From Podospora anserina (Eukaryota), in contig CM030333.1 in NCBI GenBank assembly GCA_017654855.1, positions 2,480,001-2,544,000 on the forward strand: a DNA stretch of 64,000 nucleotides, in the 5' to 3' direction. Of the stretch, positions 1-12,698 are shown piece by piece. Position 1 is the stretch's first letter. The number at the start of each line of letters is the position of its first letter. The notes under the pieces were generated by a model. It ran no database searches and was not told where the DNA came from. It saw nothing but the letters and a program-made list of their open reading frames with translations. A program made the position numbers and the translations under genes.

Positions 1-1581
1 GAACCAAGTCCTAGCGTGATCGATCTCTCGAGAGCTTGACCCGCCGCTATGCCAGACTTGTCAGTTCCGTCTTTGGAGCGCCGTTGAAGTGGCGTCCGAG
101 GTGCGTCTATGCCGTGGTTTCTCGAGATGATCTGTGCTCATCAGATCCGGAAGACCAAGCATCGCTTCCACGGAGTGTCGATGAAGCTCGTGAGACCCCG
201 AGGCCGCATCGGTGACCGAGGTTATGGAAGTACACGGCCGCTTTGACGGTGCATCTCGGAGAGATGGAAGCTATCTCGAATGTGAGGTAGGGCCGAGGGA
301 GCATCGATATGGTAATCTGCTCGTGCCTTGGGGGTGTGGGGGTCGGTCCGAGAACTCCTGCCTCAACAGGACTGACAGCTCATCGAGAGCTGCTTGATGC
401 TGAACTAGGGACTTGGTTTGTGCCATCTTCGTCCCATCACATCTACTACATCTCCGGGCTCTCTGCGGAGGGCCTCATCATGTTTCGATTCAAGACGGGG
501 GGTCACTGGATCATGGAATTAGCGCCGAGTGGCACGTCTGTGGGGGCAACACCAGCGATGGCGGTGTTCAAATGGGGTTAAGTGGCCTTTTCTAATATCT
601 TTACTCCCTTTTTTCTACTCGGCACGTCGATGTTTTTCAACCTAGATCTGGGAGGGGCCTGTACCTATCCACTTGCAGATCTTGTTTCGATGCCTTTATT
701 GACTTGGCACATGACGTCCTATCTTAAATTTTCCTTCCGCCCCAATCAGGGCCGGCATTCGAGGCACTCGGACGGTGGACGATGGAGATATGGACTGAAC
801 TTTCGAGGTGGAAATAACACGGACGCCGGGAACTCTGGCGGGTGACGTCTGAGGCGGCGATAAGGACAAGAGGAACGGCTCTTCACGTGAAGTCGTCTGG
901 AGATGTTTGTGGCTTAATGTTTGCAGATGTCCACCCCTTGTCGAGATACTTGCGGTGCAAGTATATCCATTAGTGCCATTCTGGGCCCTCTGCAGGTAAA
1001 TTGAAACCGGTGGCTTGCAGATCTCACGCAGATGGCGTCAACCATGTCAACACCGTTATTGAAACTTTGCAAAAGATTCAGTACGTAAACCATGAGCGTA
1101 CACACACACACAGACACACACACACAAATCATCAGATGAAGTCAAAATTGCCTAGCGGCTCTGTGGATGCAGATGCTATGATGGCTCGCTTGATACGGAT
1201 ATAACCTACCAATTCGGAAGGTGTCACTGTCTCTCCAGATCTACTTGTATGTACAGTAGGTACTGAGCGAGAGTTGGAGAGAAGAACAGGTGGGAGCACA
1301 GTTGCTTTGAAGACCCCCCCCAGAAGCGAAAAAAGGTGGGGTTTTGTTGGGGATCTTCGGCGGGGGGCGCGGGCCGATGGATAACTGCGGGGCCCGCCCA
1401 ATTGGGAGTGGGGCAGCCAACAGCTGAGAGCCACTGCCAGGGCCAACCTACATAGGCCAGGGGCCAAGACTTTGGGCGGGAGAGAGCTCCAACTTGCAAG
1501 CTGTCCGAATTGGGTTTGGTGATAGCAGACAGGTGCCTGACCACCACGAACAATCGCGATACTGACGAAGACGACGACGGC

Positions 1582-1611
<30 letters not shown>
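1582..1611 (+). repeat. (GAT)10 microsatellite just upstream of the glucosidase I start
   Basis: Ten perfect GAT units read directly; also reads as (ATG)10 at 1583-1612. Confidence 0.95.
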
Positions 1612-1612
<1 letters not shown>

Positions 1613-1655
1613 GTATAATCACACATATATTCTCGAACCGATCAATTGACCCACA

Positions 1656-4211
1656 ATGATCCCCAACTGGAGGCGCCTCCTGGCAGCCACCGCCCTCCTC
1701 ACTTCTACCACCACCGTCACCGCCACCATCGATGCTGCGACCCCCTCCAACAACGATGAATCCATCCTCCACAGCGAACTCGCCTCACAGCAGAACTCAT
1801 CACTGCTATGGGGCCCCTACCGCCCAAATCTTTACTTTGGGGTGCGCCCTAGGATTCCTAAATCGTTGATGACGGGCCTGATGTGGGGGAAGGTGGAGAG
1901 TTTCCATGACTTTCAGAACACGATGCGGTACACCTGTGAGCAGAACGAGGGGATGAAGGGGTACGGGTGGGATGAGTACGATGCGAGGAACGGGGGGGTG
2001 CAGACGATTCACGATAGGGGGAATGGGCTGACGCTCACGACGAGCTTTGTGAAGGTTCCGGGGGGGAGGAATGGGGGGAGTTGGGGGGCGAGGGTGAAGG
2101 GGGTTTTGGGGAATCCGGAGCAGAGGACGACGGTGATTTTGTATGTGACGCAGGAGGGCGGTGGGAGGCTGGAGGCGGAGAGGGGCGAGGAGAAGAGGGG
2201 GTATGAGGGGGACGTGGTGCTTAGCGGGGAGAGTGAAGGGTTGGGGGGGTATAAGCTTGTGGTTACAAAGGGGGAGGGGGAGAGGCCGACTAGTACGCAT
2301 GAGATTAGTGAGTTGGAGGCGTGGGGGGAGGGGGGGAGGACGACGGTGCAGAGTTTGCAGTATCCGGACGAGCAGATTTGGCAGGCGAAGCCGATTGTGT
2401 TTAGACAGTTGAAGGAGCAGGTGGATTGGTTGGTGGAGAACAAGTATGATAATGCCGAGCATGCGCCGCCGGTCTGGCAGGTTTTCACGCTGCAGAATAG
2501 GCCGGGGAAGGGGAATGTGCACATTGTGCAAAAGGTCTTCGAGGGGGACTTTGAGTTTGATGTGCTCTTCTCTAGCGAGAGTGCGGGTATGGAGCTCAAG
2601 AGTGAGGATCTGACGAGGGAGATCAAGGCTGGCTCGGAGGAGTTTGGGGAGAGGTTTGGGGGTGTGTTTGCGCTGAAGGCACCGTTTAATGCGGACAAGT
2701 ACAAGAAGTTTGGCCGGAGCATGTTTTCGAACTTGATTGGTGGGATTGGGTATTTCTATGGGCAGGCAGTGGTGGACCGGTCTTATGCGCCAGAGTATGA
2801 TGAAGTTGATGAGGGCTTCTGGGAGGAGGCTGCCGAGGCTAGGGCGAGACATGCGGAAGCTTTGGAGGGGCCGCATGAGCTTTTCACCAGTGTTCCTTCA
2901 CGTCCATTCTTCCCTCGCGGGTTCTTGTGGGATGAGGGTTTTCACCTGCTGCCTATTGCGGATTGGGACACTGATCTTGCTCTGGAGGTCATCAAAAGCT
3001 GGTTTAACCTCATTGATGAAGACGGTTGGATCGGGCGCGAGCAGATCTTGGGCGCCGAGGCACGCAGCAAGGTCCCTCAGGAGTTCCAGACTCAATACCC
3101 ACACTATGCCAACCCGCCTACTCTCTTCCTCGTTGTTGAGCAGTTTGTCGAAAGACTGCTGAACACCAACGGCACCGCGGCTGTCCACAAGGAACGCCTG
3201 TCTCAAAGTGAGTCTTTGGCCAACGCTTCGCTCGAGAACCCCGAGGTTGGCCTCGACTATCTACGCAAGATCTACCCGCTGCTCCGCCGCCAGTTCCAAT
3301 GGTTCAGAAAGACACAAAAGGGCGATATCAAGTCTTACGACAGAGAAGCATACTCCACCAAGGAAGCTTACAGATGGCGCGGCCGCACCACTACTCACTG
3401 CTTGACCAGCGGTCTGGATGACTACCCGCGCCCTCAACCTCCGCATCCTGGGGAGCTGCACGTTGACTTGATGTCCTGGGTTGGTCTCATGGCCAAGTCA
3501 CTCTCCAACATTGGCGATGCTCTCGGCTTTGCGGAGGATGTCAGTGAGTACAGGACCATTTTGGACGCTATTGAGCACAACCTTGTCGACCTGCACTGGT
3601 CCGAGACGGATGGGTGCTTCTGCGATGCCACGATCGACGACTTTGAGGAGAACAAGCTCGTCTGCCACAAGGGCTACATCTCTCTCTTCCCATTCTTGAC
3701 CGGCTTGATGAAGCCTGACGACCCCAAGGTTGGCAGGATTCTGGCCTTGATTGGCGATGAGGAGGAGCTCTGGACGCCCTATGGATTGCGCAGTCTCAGC
3801 AAGAAGGATGCTCTCTATGAGACGGCCGAGAACTACTGGCGGAGTCCCATCTGGATCAACATCAACTACATGGCTGTGAAGCAGCTTCACGTAAGTCTTT
3901 TGGTCTTGAAACTGTTCAGGTATGACAAGCTAACTCGGGTTTCATAGTACGTTGCGACACAAGATGGGCCGCACAAGGAGGTCGCCAGAGACTTGTACTC
4001 GCGCCTGCGCAAGAACCTGGTTGAGACGATTTACAATGCCTGGGAGGAGACTGGGTTTGCCTGGGAGCAGTACAACCCCGACACTGGAAAGGGTCAGAGA
4101 ACACAGCATTTCACTGGCTGGACCAGCCTGGTGGTCAAGATTATGACCATGGAGGACTTGGAGGGTGGTGCCAAGGCCACGGGGAGTGAGCACGGTCATG
4201 ATGAGCTGTAG
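1656..4211 (+). CDS. CWH41: Mannosyl-oligosaccharide glucosidase (ER glucosidase I, GH63); exons 1656-3890, 3948-4211
   Basis: Signal peptide; motifs LLWGPYRPNLYFG, SRPFFPRGFLWDEGFH, SGLDDYPR, YWRSPIWININY, WEQY, HFTGWT; intron GTAAGT(3891)..GCTAAC..TAG(3947) joins in frame; ends HDEL. Confidence 0.95.
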
Positions 4212-4724
4212 TGGGCGAGTCTATGTATGTGTTGGGTTTATGTAGTTATGTACAGTACCAGCGAGGAGTTGGGGGCGAAAGAGCGAAATACATACGGTTT
4301 TGGTCGGTGGATTTTTATCATTGCTAGTGGTGGTTTAGGGGACTTATATATCCAGCCCGACAGCTGTCACCAGTTGCCCCACCTGCCACCGAAGTAATAC
4401 GCGGCCCCGTTCCGTAACCCGTCATCCCGACGGCCGCTTTAGCGGTCAGCCTCCCCGCAGCGGGCTGGGGCTTGTGTCTCATCCCCTGAAATCGGAATCG
4501 TAATATGCGGCCTCGCCCAACCATAATAACTGAAGCTTACATCAAGCTCGACGTCGCCAGAACGCCCAACACTGTAATCAACCAGTCTTCAGCGCCTTTT
4601 GCTTGGTTTTATTTTCAAGCTCCACGATGTCATGACCTGATGCTTTTTTTATGATCCCTTTTCTTTTCTTAACTTTGTAATCCCATCAGACGATTCATTG
4701 GCAGTGATCCAAAAGACCTTGGCA

Positions 4725-7688
4725 ATGTCGAACATCACCCCCCTCCGACGAGCGCCCACCACGGGCGGGGTTGGAACGGGAAAAATGACTGCCGCGACGA
4801 CGACGACGGCGGGGCAAAAATACCATCAGCACTCGACGAGTATATTGAAGACGCTGCAGGCGACCGAGATGTTGGACACGAAGCCTGTTTTGCCGGCTGG
4901 TACGCACCACCCCTCTTTCTAACCCCCTCCCCGGCCCTCAGGAACATAAACTGATGGATATGTGCTTGTAGAAATCATCGCCACCATCCTCGACTACCTC
5001 CCCGTCCCGGACCTCCTCCGCTTCGCCCGAACGTCCCGCCGGTACAAGGAGATGGTCTACGACGACACACGCTGGGTGGCGCGGTTAAAGAGCATGGGTG
5101 TCTGGGACGAGGCAGGAGCGAGAAAAAGATTCGAGGAGGCGGTGCAGAGGAGACGACAACAAACTATTAGCAGTGGGGTTGGGAGGGGGCAGCCGATACC
5201 ACCCCCATCACCAACCGGAACAACAAAAAGAGAGAGTTTATTCTTTGATGCGGATTTAGAACAGGAGAGGAGACAGCACGAGTTGCTGCAGATACAGCTG
5301 CAGAAACAGCAGATTTCTGATTTGAGGGATGGGTTTGAGACGATGAAAGTTTCTGGAGGAGGGTCAGGGGGGGAGCCGCCGAGGGATGTGGAGGGGTTGT
5401 TGCTGGTGGTGAAGAACGCGAGGAGTATAAGGGGTCATGCGAGGCAGGAGTATGGGAGGATATACGGGGCGTTGGCGCCGTTTTATTTCGATTTGGTCAG
5501 GGCGAGGACGCATACGGATCCGTTGGTTTTCAAGGTTTTTAGGGATCCGGATCGGCAGGCGAGGATGCTGGCTAATTTGAGGAGTTTTGCGAGGAGTGAC
5601 TGGGCGGATGGGGCGGAGGGGAGGAGGGAGAAGTTGGAGGGGATGACGGGGATTTTTGAGAGCGCGGTGCTGAGGGAGTTTGAGCAGGGGTATGAGTTTT
5701 GGGATGTGGATGGGAGGATGAAAAAGTATGCGCATGTATTGGAGGTGTTGAATCCGGGGAGTAGTGCGGGGGTAGAGCTGTTTATACAGAAGCATCCGAT
5801 TTTTGCGGATAGGGAGGTGCTGGCGAATGCGATGGATTGTGTGAATCAGGCCATGGCGGATAGTATCACGCTGGAGCCGTCGAGGAGGTTTTTTGAGGTG
5901 TTGGGGAGGAAGGTGAATGAGCAGGGTGAGATCATTGGGAGGATATTCCCGAGGCCGCAGAGGGTGTTTTGGGGGTTTGTGGATAAGGTCAGGGAGGAGA
6001 TTATGGTCGAGTATATCACGCCTTTGTTTGATGATGCGCATCAGAGGAGTATACCGAGTTATTTGAGAGCGGTGTCGGGGATTTTTGAGCAGACGATGTT
6101 GTTCTTGAGGACGCTGACGCCGCCGAAGGGAGGGGAGGTGGATCAGGAGGCGAAGGCGAAGGAGATAGCGTTGAGGATCTTTGAGCCGCATATTGATTTG
6201 TATTTTCAGGACGAAATCGATACGTTTACGGCGCAGGCGGAGAGGGAGGTGGGGGAGTGGGAGAAGAAGTTGTCGGAGCAGGAGGCGAGTGCCGAGTCGT
6301 TTTATATGGGCAGCTTTGCGAACCGGCAGGCGGACAAGAAGGACTTCTTGACGTCGTTCAAGAAGGTGGTTATGATGCCTGTTACGGTATTGCCTACGAG
6401 TCTGGGGTTGCCCATAGGGTCGCCGTTTGCAAGTAGTAAACCTGCTGCGACGGCGGCTGCTAATGGTGGACCGTCGACTCCGAGTCGGGCAGGGTCTCCT
6501 GCGCCAGCGGGCACTCCTGGCGATCGCGCCAGCAGTCCATTACCAGGCAAAGCATTTGCGGATGAATTGGCAGCCAAGGCGGCGCTGATGACGTCTCGGC
6601 TGGAGGGCATCAAATCCCTCTTCAGCATCGAGGTAGCGCTCAGCCTGGTTCACGGAGCTAAAGCCAGCCTAGGTCGTGTCGCTGTCTTCATCCAGCTTGG
6701 AGGCCAAGTCGGCGGCGAGGCGCGAGAGATGTGCGAAACCATCTTCGTCACGCTCCTCCGCATCCTCGGCAACGGCCACGTCAAGCCTGGTTTCGATAAG
6801 GCCGTCACCCATCTATCCCAATACAACCCCCGCGAGGTCAGCGAACACGAAAAGGGAGGCGTGGCCCCCTTGGTCACATTTATCGAGCTGGTCAACGTGG
6901 GCGACCTCATCTCCCAGATGATCGACGTCTTTTACGAGCAACAGCTCGCCCAGCCGAAAATTGCCGACAGAAACGACTTTTTGGATCCTGCGGGCATGGC
7001 AAAGAAAAAGTTTGAGCAAATGCTCGACGAGAGCGTCGCCGCCGGCCTTAATAAGGGCATCGACGTGCTCATGGACGAGGTGGAATACATTTGCGCCACT
7101 ACTCAGTCGCCGACGGACTATAACCCGGGGGGTATCTCTGCTCCTGATTCCATTCTGTCAGGGACGATCCCTGGGATGGAGAAGGCGCCTGCTCCGAAGC
7201 CACCGGCGGGGGCGATAGATATGGACATTGGCCCTTCAAAAACAGCGCAGAGGATCAAGGATCTGGTAGCGTCGCACACCTCGATGTTGGTGGGCAGCAC
7301 AGACAAGTCGATGCTTGATGTGTTCAACGGCGAGGTTGGACTCCGGCTCTTTACGGCGGTGTGCAAGCATCTGAAGAGACAGCGGATCAGCACCGAGGGG
7401 GCGATCAAGCTGATTGCGGATATGAATCTCTACTTTGAGTACATCCGCACGCTCAAGAACAAGGACTTGCTCGCGTATTTCAAGGCGTTGAGGGAGCTGA
7501 GCCAGATTTATCTGATTGATGCGAAGCATGCCAAGGAGATGGCGACGATTATTGCTGATGGGGACAGGTTTGGGGGGATCTTTAGGGCGGAGGAGGTGTA
7601 TGAGTATGCGGAGAGGAGGGCGGATTGGTATCAGGTGAAGAGGGAGGTAGAGAGGGCCATGTATGGGTTGGAGTGTTGTGTTATGTAG
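4725..7688 (+). CDS. RCY1: F-box/Sec10-like recycling protein (recyclin, Rcy1/Pof6 family); exons 4725-4899, 4972-7688
   Basis: Intron GTACGC(4900)..TAG(4971) restores F-box LPAEIIATILDYL; long helical C-terminal region; ends in a CAAX box (CCVM), as yeast Rcy1 does. Confidence 0.85.
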
Positions 7689-8045
7689 ACAACTTGGGAC
7701 ATAGACATGAGAGGAAGAGATATAAGGGCAAGGAAGGGATGACGAGAAATACAAAAAACGGTTTTGATGGTTGAGCAAAAGCTCGTTTCGAGATGGTCCT
7801 GCCATTGCTATCTATCGACCTAGTTGTTTGTTCCAATGACCCGACTGCCGTAGAGGTGATACATAGTGTGGAGAAAAAAAGGGAAAACCAAACGCTGATA
7901 TGTCGGCCGTATTTGGTGTTTCATATATAATAATGGGTATCCAACTGAGATGGAAAAAGAGAAACACTGAAATCCCTTTCAGTCTGTATATATAAAGAAA
8001 CCCGCCCCCCCCCGCCCAAAAAAAAGAAACAAGAAAACACGCCCC

Positions 8046-11000
8046 CTAATAATAAATTTCATTCCCGTGCACCATCGCCTTGAACTCATCATCCGGCTCC
8101 TCAAACCTGTACCCTTCCCCCCTCACCACCCTGTCCACCTCCTCCCTCACAAACGGGTACACATCCCTCCACGCGTTCCTCCCCATCCACCCATCCAGAT
8201 GCCCATACCCCGGCACAACCTTGCGCTTGTAATCCCCGTCCTCAAACTGGCTGCACAACACCTCGTACGTCCGCTCGGTAGCCTCGGGCGACAAGACAGC
8301 GTTGTCCCTCCCCACCCAGAGCATGATCGGTATCCCTTTTAGTCGTTGGACATTCTCCCTCGTGTCCAGGGGTTCATACATTGGCGCATTGGTCATGACA
8401 TGACCCTCGTAGCCCATCTTCATGAGCAAATTCAGCAACCGCATGTTCACCCCCCCGAAAAACCGGTCGATCTGCCGGTGTGTAGCCTCGTTGAGGTTGT
8501 GGTGGTTCCAGCACCGACCAAACACCAACGAAGTTCGGTGGCAGGCGGCATTGTTGCACATTTCTTTGCGGGATTGGGGGTATAACCTCAGGGCTTGGTT
8601 AAGGAGATACTGAGCCCATCCCTCGTCTTTGCTCGTCGAGCAGCTGAACCAAGAGCCGCAGACGGCGTTGTATAACTTGTCAAGAGGCAAAGGACCGCCA
8701 GCCATGACTTTGGCCATGTTGGCGGGTCCCCAGATGGGGTTCATGAATACCTGTGAGCAGTTTATCCCCAAGATCCAGGAGGGGGGGATTGTCCCGTCTA
8801 GGAGGCCGGAGGAGAAGGCTACCGAGCCCATGCAGTGGGCGACGCAGTAGACTTTTTCCGGGGAGGCGAGTTTGGGGGTGAGGGTGGTGGTCTGGGATTT
8901 GCGGATGTATTCCAGGCAGGCGCGGAGGTCGAGGCGGGCGTCAAACGTTGTCCAGTTGTTGCCTGCGATCATGAGCTGGCCGATGCGGTGGACGGACACC
9001 CAGACGCGGTAGCCTGCTCGACGGAAGTAGTTGACTGCGTTGAAGGGGATGGTGGGGAGGGCAAAGATTTGGTGGTCGACGCTCGCACCGGGGATCATGA
9101 AGAGGTCTTTTACCTGGTGGCCTTCTGGGACGTGGGTGGGCTCCCATTTGTGCATGCGGGTTGTTACGCCGTCCGAGGCGACGATGGCGTAGGAGCTGTC
9201 GGGGTTGGTGTCGTTTGTGAAGCCGGTAAACGTTTGGGTTGGGTATTGGAGGGGGGTGAGAGGGGCGAGGAAGAGGGACATGGAGCGGCGGGTGAAGTAA
9301 GTCAGGAAACTGGCGGCGCTGACGGCTTTGCGGATGAAGCTGCTGCCGGTGGTGGTCATGGTGTTGATCTGGGAGAGGAAGTCGCTAGGTTGGATTTGCA
9401 TGATGCCCTTTGCGATGGGGGCGCCTCTGCGCCAGGCGTCCTCGTCGTCGAGATCGCGGCACATGCCTGGGACGTGCTCGCTGATGGTCACGTAGAGGGT
9501 GCTGGTTGCCTTCCAGAACTGGATAGGGGCCAGGGCAACCGACGAGTCAACCACCTTGTAGCCGTGGAAGTGCAGCCTCCTGCCATCGACACCAGTCATG
9601 TCAAAGTCGTAGGTCAGGTTGCGAGTCCCCGGAGCTTTGGAGTTGAGAATGAACAGATTAAACTCTCCTCTCTGCACCATGAACGGGGACCCACGAATGG
9701 CCGGGCAGACAAAAGTGCCGGTCAGCATCCCACGATGCTGCACATGGCTGATCATCTCCTTGGTGTTGAAAGACTGCACGCTGAGGAAGAACCTCGCGCT
9801 CTCACAGAGCGACTTACCAATGCGATGAGCAAGCTCATACGTCGCCCGGTTATCCTCGGTCATCTTGGTATCAGCATGAAGAAAGCCAGACATGACCTCG
9901 GTAAAGCCAATGCCGCTAGCCTTGACAATCCGAGCCTTGTCCATGACCTTCTTTGCCGTCTGAATGCTGATCAGCTCTTCCTCAGCCTTCAACTGCTCCC
10001 GCCTCTGCTTGGGCCTGCACCGCTTGGGAGCATGCGCCGGCTCCCCGAGCAAGTTGAGAATGCCATTCTTCTCCTCGCTAATCTTGAGCTCCTTGGACTC
10101 GCAGTACGCCTCCACCGATCGTTCTGCCAAAGCGGCGATAGTGGCAAAAGGGTTGGCACCCAGCGCAGTCGGAATCACAGAGGCATCTGTAACCACAAAC
10201 CCGTCATGGACTTCCGCTCCGTTTCCGCTAAAGAGCTGACCGACGTGGTTGGTAACACCAGTCCTCCCCGTATTGTCTCGAGCCATGCAGGCACCACTAA
10301 ATTTGGGTCAGAAAAAAGAAGAAAACTTCCGTCGGTGCAACGTGGTACATTCGGAGGAAAAGACGAAAAAGAAACTTACCCAATGGGATGAACCGTGATC
10401 TGCTGGCCCATGATCCCGTAAAAGGGGCTGTGTACCAAGGTACCTCCAACATACTCTGTCGCCCGCTCCAAGATGTTGTTGAGCTTCTTGACGTGGTGGC
10501 TGCGAGCGACGCCGAGGAATTCTAGAACGGGCTTGTCGTCCTTCAGCGACAGCATGGCCTGATTGCTGTCATGCGACATGACCAGATACACCTGCGTCCG
10601 TTCCGTAGCGCCATTCTTGAAGTAGGGTCCCAAAAGTCTAGAACCCCATCTCGCCAGAGCAGCCTGCGTCTTCTCGATGATAGTATCATCCCTCGGGTCC
10701 TTCTTTCCCGGCATGAAGTCCAACATGACCTGGAAAAGATGCGACAGAGCATGGGGAATAGCCCCCTCCTCGATCACATACCCATCCAACGGGTTCTCGT
10801 GTCCCTCCCGGTTATCAATCACACTCGTAATCGTTGGCCCGATGGGGTTATACGGCGACGGGACCGGCTTGCCCATCCCGTTGACGTGTCTGTCGGTGTT
10901 GTATCCAAACGCCAACATGTCGCCGTTCCCGCTCATGTTCTGTCCGACACTGTCACTCATGGAAAGGCCCATAGCCTTGCTCCTGAGTAGGATCTCGGTC

Positions 11001-12509
11001 GAAGCGATGGCGCCGGCACCGAGGAAGACGGCCTTTTTCGCATGGACCCACATAAGGTCGTTGTGAAGATAGCCTTTGAAGAGCCCGCGGTTCCTGCCGT
11101 GCCAGGCGAAGAAGACGCGGTAGCCTTCTTTCTCGTCCTTTTGGATATACCGCACCTCGCACTCGCAGAACATTTCGGCGCCCCAGTTCCAGGCGTCGGC
11201 TAGGTAGGTGACGAGGGTGGTGGTTTTGGAGCCGTCGTTGACCCCCGTGGCGTCCTGGCCTGTGAGGCTGGATGGGGACATCTCAACGCCGCAGCTGTTG
11301 GGACCATTGCGAAAGCGTGTTGTCTGCTTGACCTTCTTGAACTTGTGACCCATGCCCAGGTTTTCGGCTTGTTCCTTGAAGACTTTGGTCTTGGGGAGTT
11401 CGGGCCACTCGCTGGGGTACTCGGTAGGTTCAAGGACCTGTTCCACCTTCTTGTAGTCTAAGCCATCACTGTCAGCACACACGTTTCCATCGTATCCTAG
11501 ATGCAATGGGGGTTCTCACACTTATCCAAGCCCTTTGGGTTTTCCCTAATCTCCTTAGGCCAGGGCTTCATAGACAGCGTCTGCTTATCCGCCTCCATAA
11601 ACACATTCGCATTGATCAGACTAGTGCCACCGAGACCTGTTCAACGTCAGCACAAAAGAAACCCCTAACCCGGACTTCAGATCAAGACTCACCGTTACAA
11701 ACAACCGCATTCTGTCCCTTCCCAAAAATCATATGATACATGCCGGTAGGGTTCCCGCCCTCCACCAGCTTCCCCTTTAAAAACGCCGGCGCCAGCTGCC
11801 CCGAGTAGTGCAGCTCCTTGAACGCCTCCACCGCGCCGGTAGGATACTCCCCCGGCCACTTCTCCCTCCCCCTCTCAAGCACACAGACCGACTGCCCCGT
11901 CCTCGCCATGCGGGAGGCGGCAACACCACCGCCATACCCAGATCCGATCACAACCACGTCGTACGATCCCCTCAGCAGCTCAAGCGGCTTGGAGATGCGA
12001 GGAAAAGCCTTGTCGTCTCTCCCGTCGGTGTACCCCCTGATCTTGGCCCGGGAGGTGCTGTGAGGGGAGGGGTCTTGCTGGTGGCCCTCGTAGGTTTCGA
12101 TGGGGTGGGAGTCCTGGCGGGAGGGGGTTGTGGCTCTGGGAGGAGGGGCGGTTTCCTCGCTGATGAGGGTTTGGGTGCTAAAGACAGAGGCTGCTCGGGG
12201 GTTGGGGCTGGAGGAGGAGCTGGACATGGCTGCTTCGGTTGAGGAAGAGGATTCCGAGTCGGCGGTTCGGACTCTTCTGTGTCGCAGGTTGGGCTCTGTC
12301 TCTGTCCGGTTCCTTACGCTGTCATGCGTCAAATCGGCTGGACTGTGGACGATGTGAAGATGGTCGATGGAGAGCTGGCCTCTGGTGTCGGTGGTGCCAG
12401 GGCTATCAATGTGAAGGGCTGGGGTGAGAGGAGGTGTGTAGGGCCCGTTCGGTCCGTTGGGATGGGCTCCCAACATCTCCGAAGGGTTTTGTCTCTCGGA
12501 TTTGTCCAT
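8046..12509 (-). CDS. Cholesterol-oxidase-like GMC oxidoreductase fused to a C-terminal alpha/beta-hydrolase; exons 12509-11693, 11636-11520, 11457-10380, 10296-8046
   Basis: FAD motif VVVIGSGYGGGV, GLGGTSLINANV, TVHPIGGACM, D-A-S-V-I-P-T-A-L-G-A-N-P-F-A-T-I; hydrolase motifs AHCMGS and GYGHLD; three canonical introns restore frame. Start ATG (MDKSERQ) uncertain. Confidence 0.85.
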
Positions 12510-12666
12510 TGTGGTCGGTGAGCTGGCCTGCCCGGATACCAATACGGTCGTGTCCACTATCAGGGAAGTTGGCTGGGAAGGAAAAGCCAATCCGTGTCAC
12601 ACAAAGGAACAATAGTTCAAGTAAGAGAGTATGTTGGCTGTATGAGATGGGAACACAAGAAAAGGG

Positions 12667-12698
12667 GGTAGGTAGGTAGGTAGGTAGGTAGGCAGGTA
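12667..12698 (+). repeat. (GGTA)n microsatellite
   Basis: Six GGTA units, then GGCA and GGTA. Confidence 0.9.

Noticed and set aside
1..1200. Coding-looking sequence at the window start
   Set aside because: All frames I checked contain stops at short intervals and I found no convincing splice path or motif; it could be a gene fragment or pseudogene but I cannot support a call.
8835..10391. 518-aa antisense ORF over the GMC oxidase gene
   Set aside because: Shadow ORF with non-ATG start and no domain signal.
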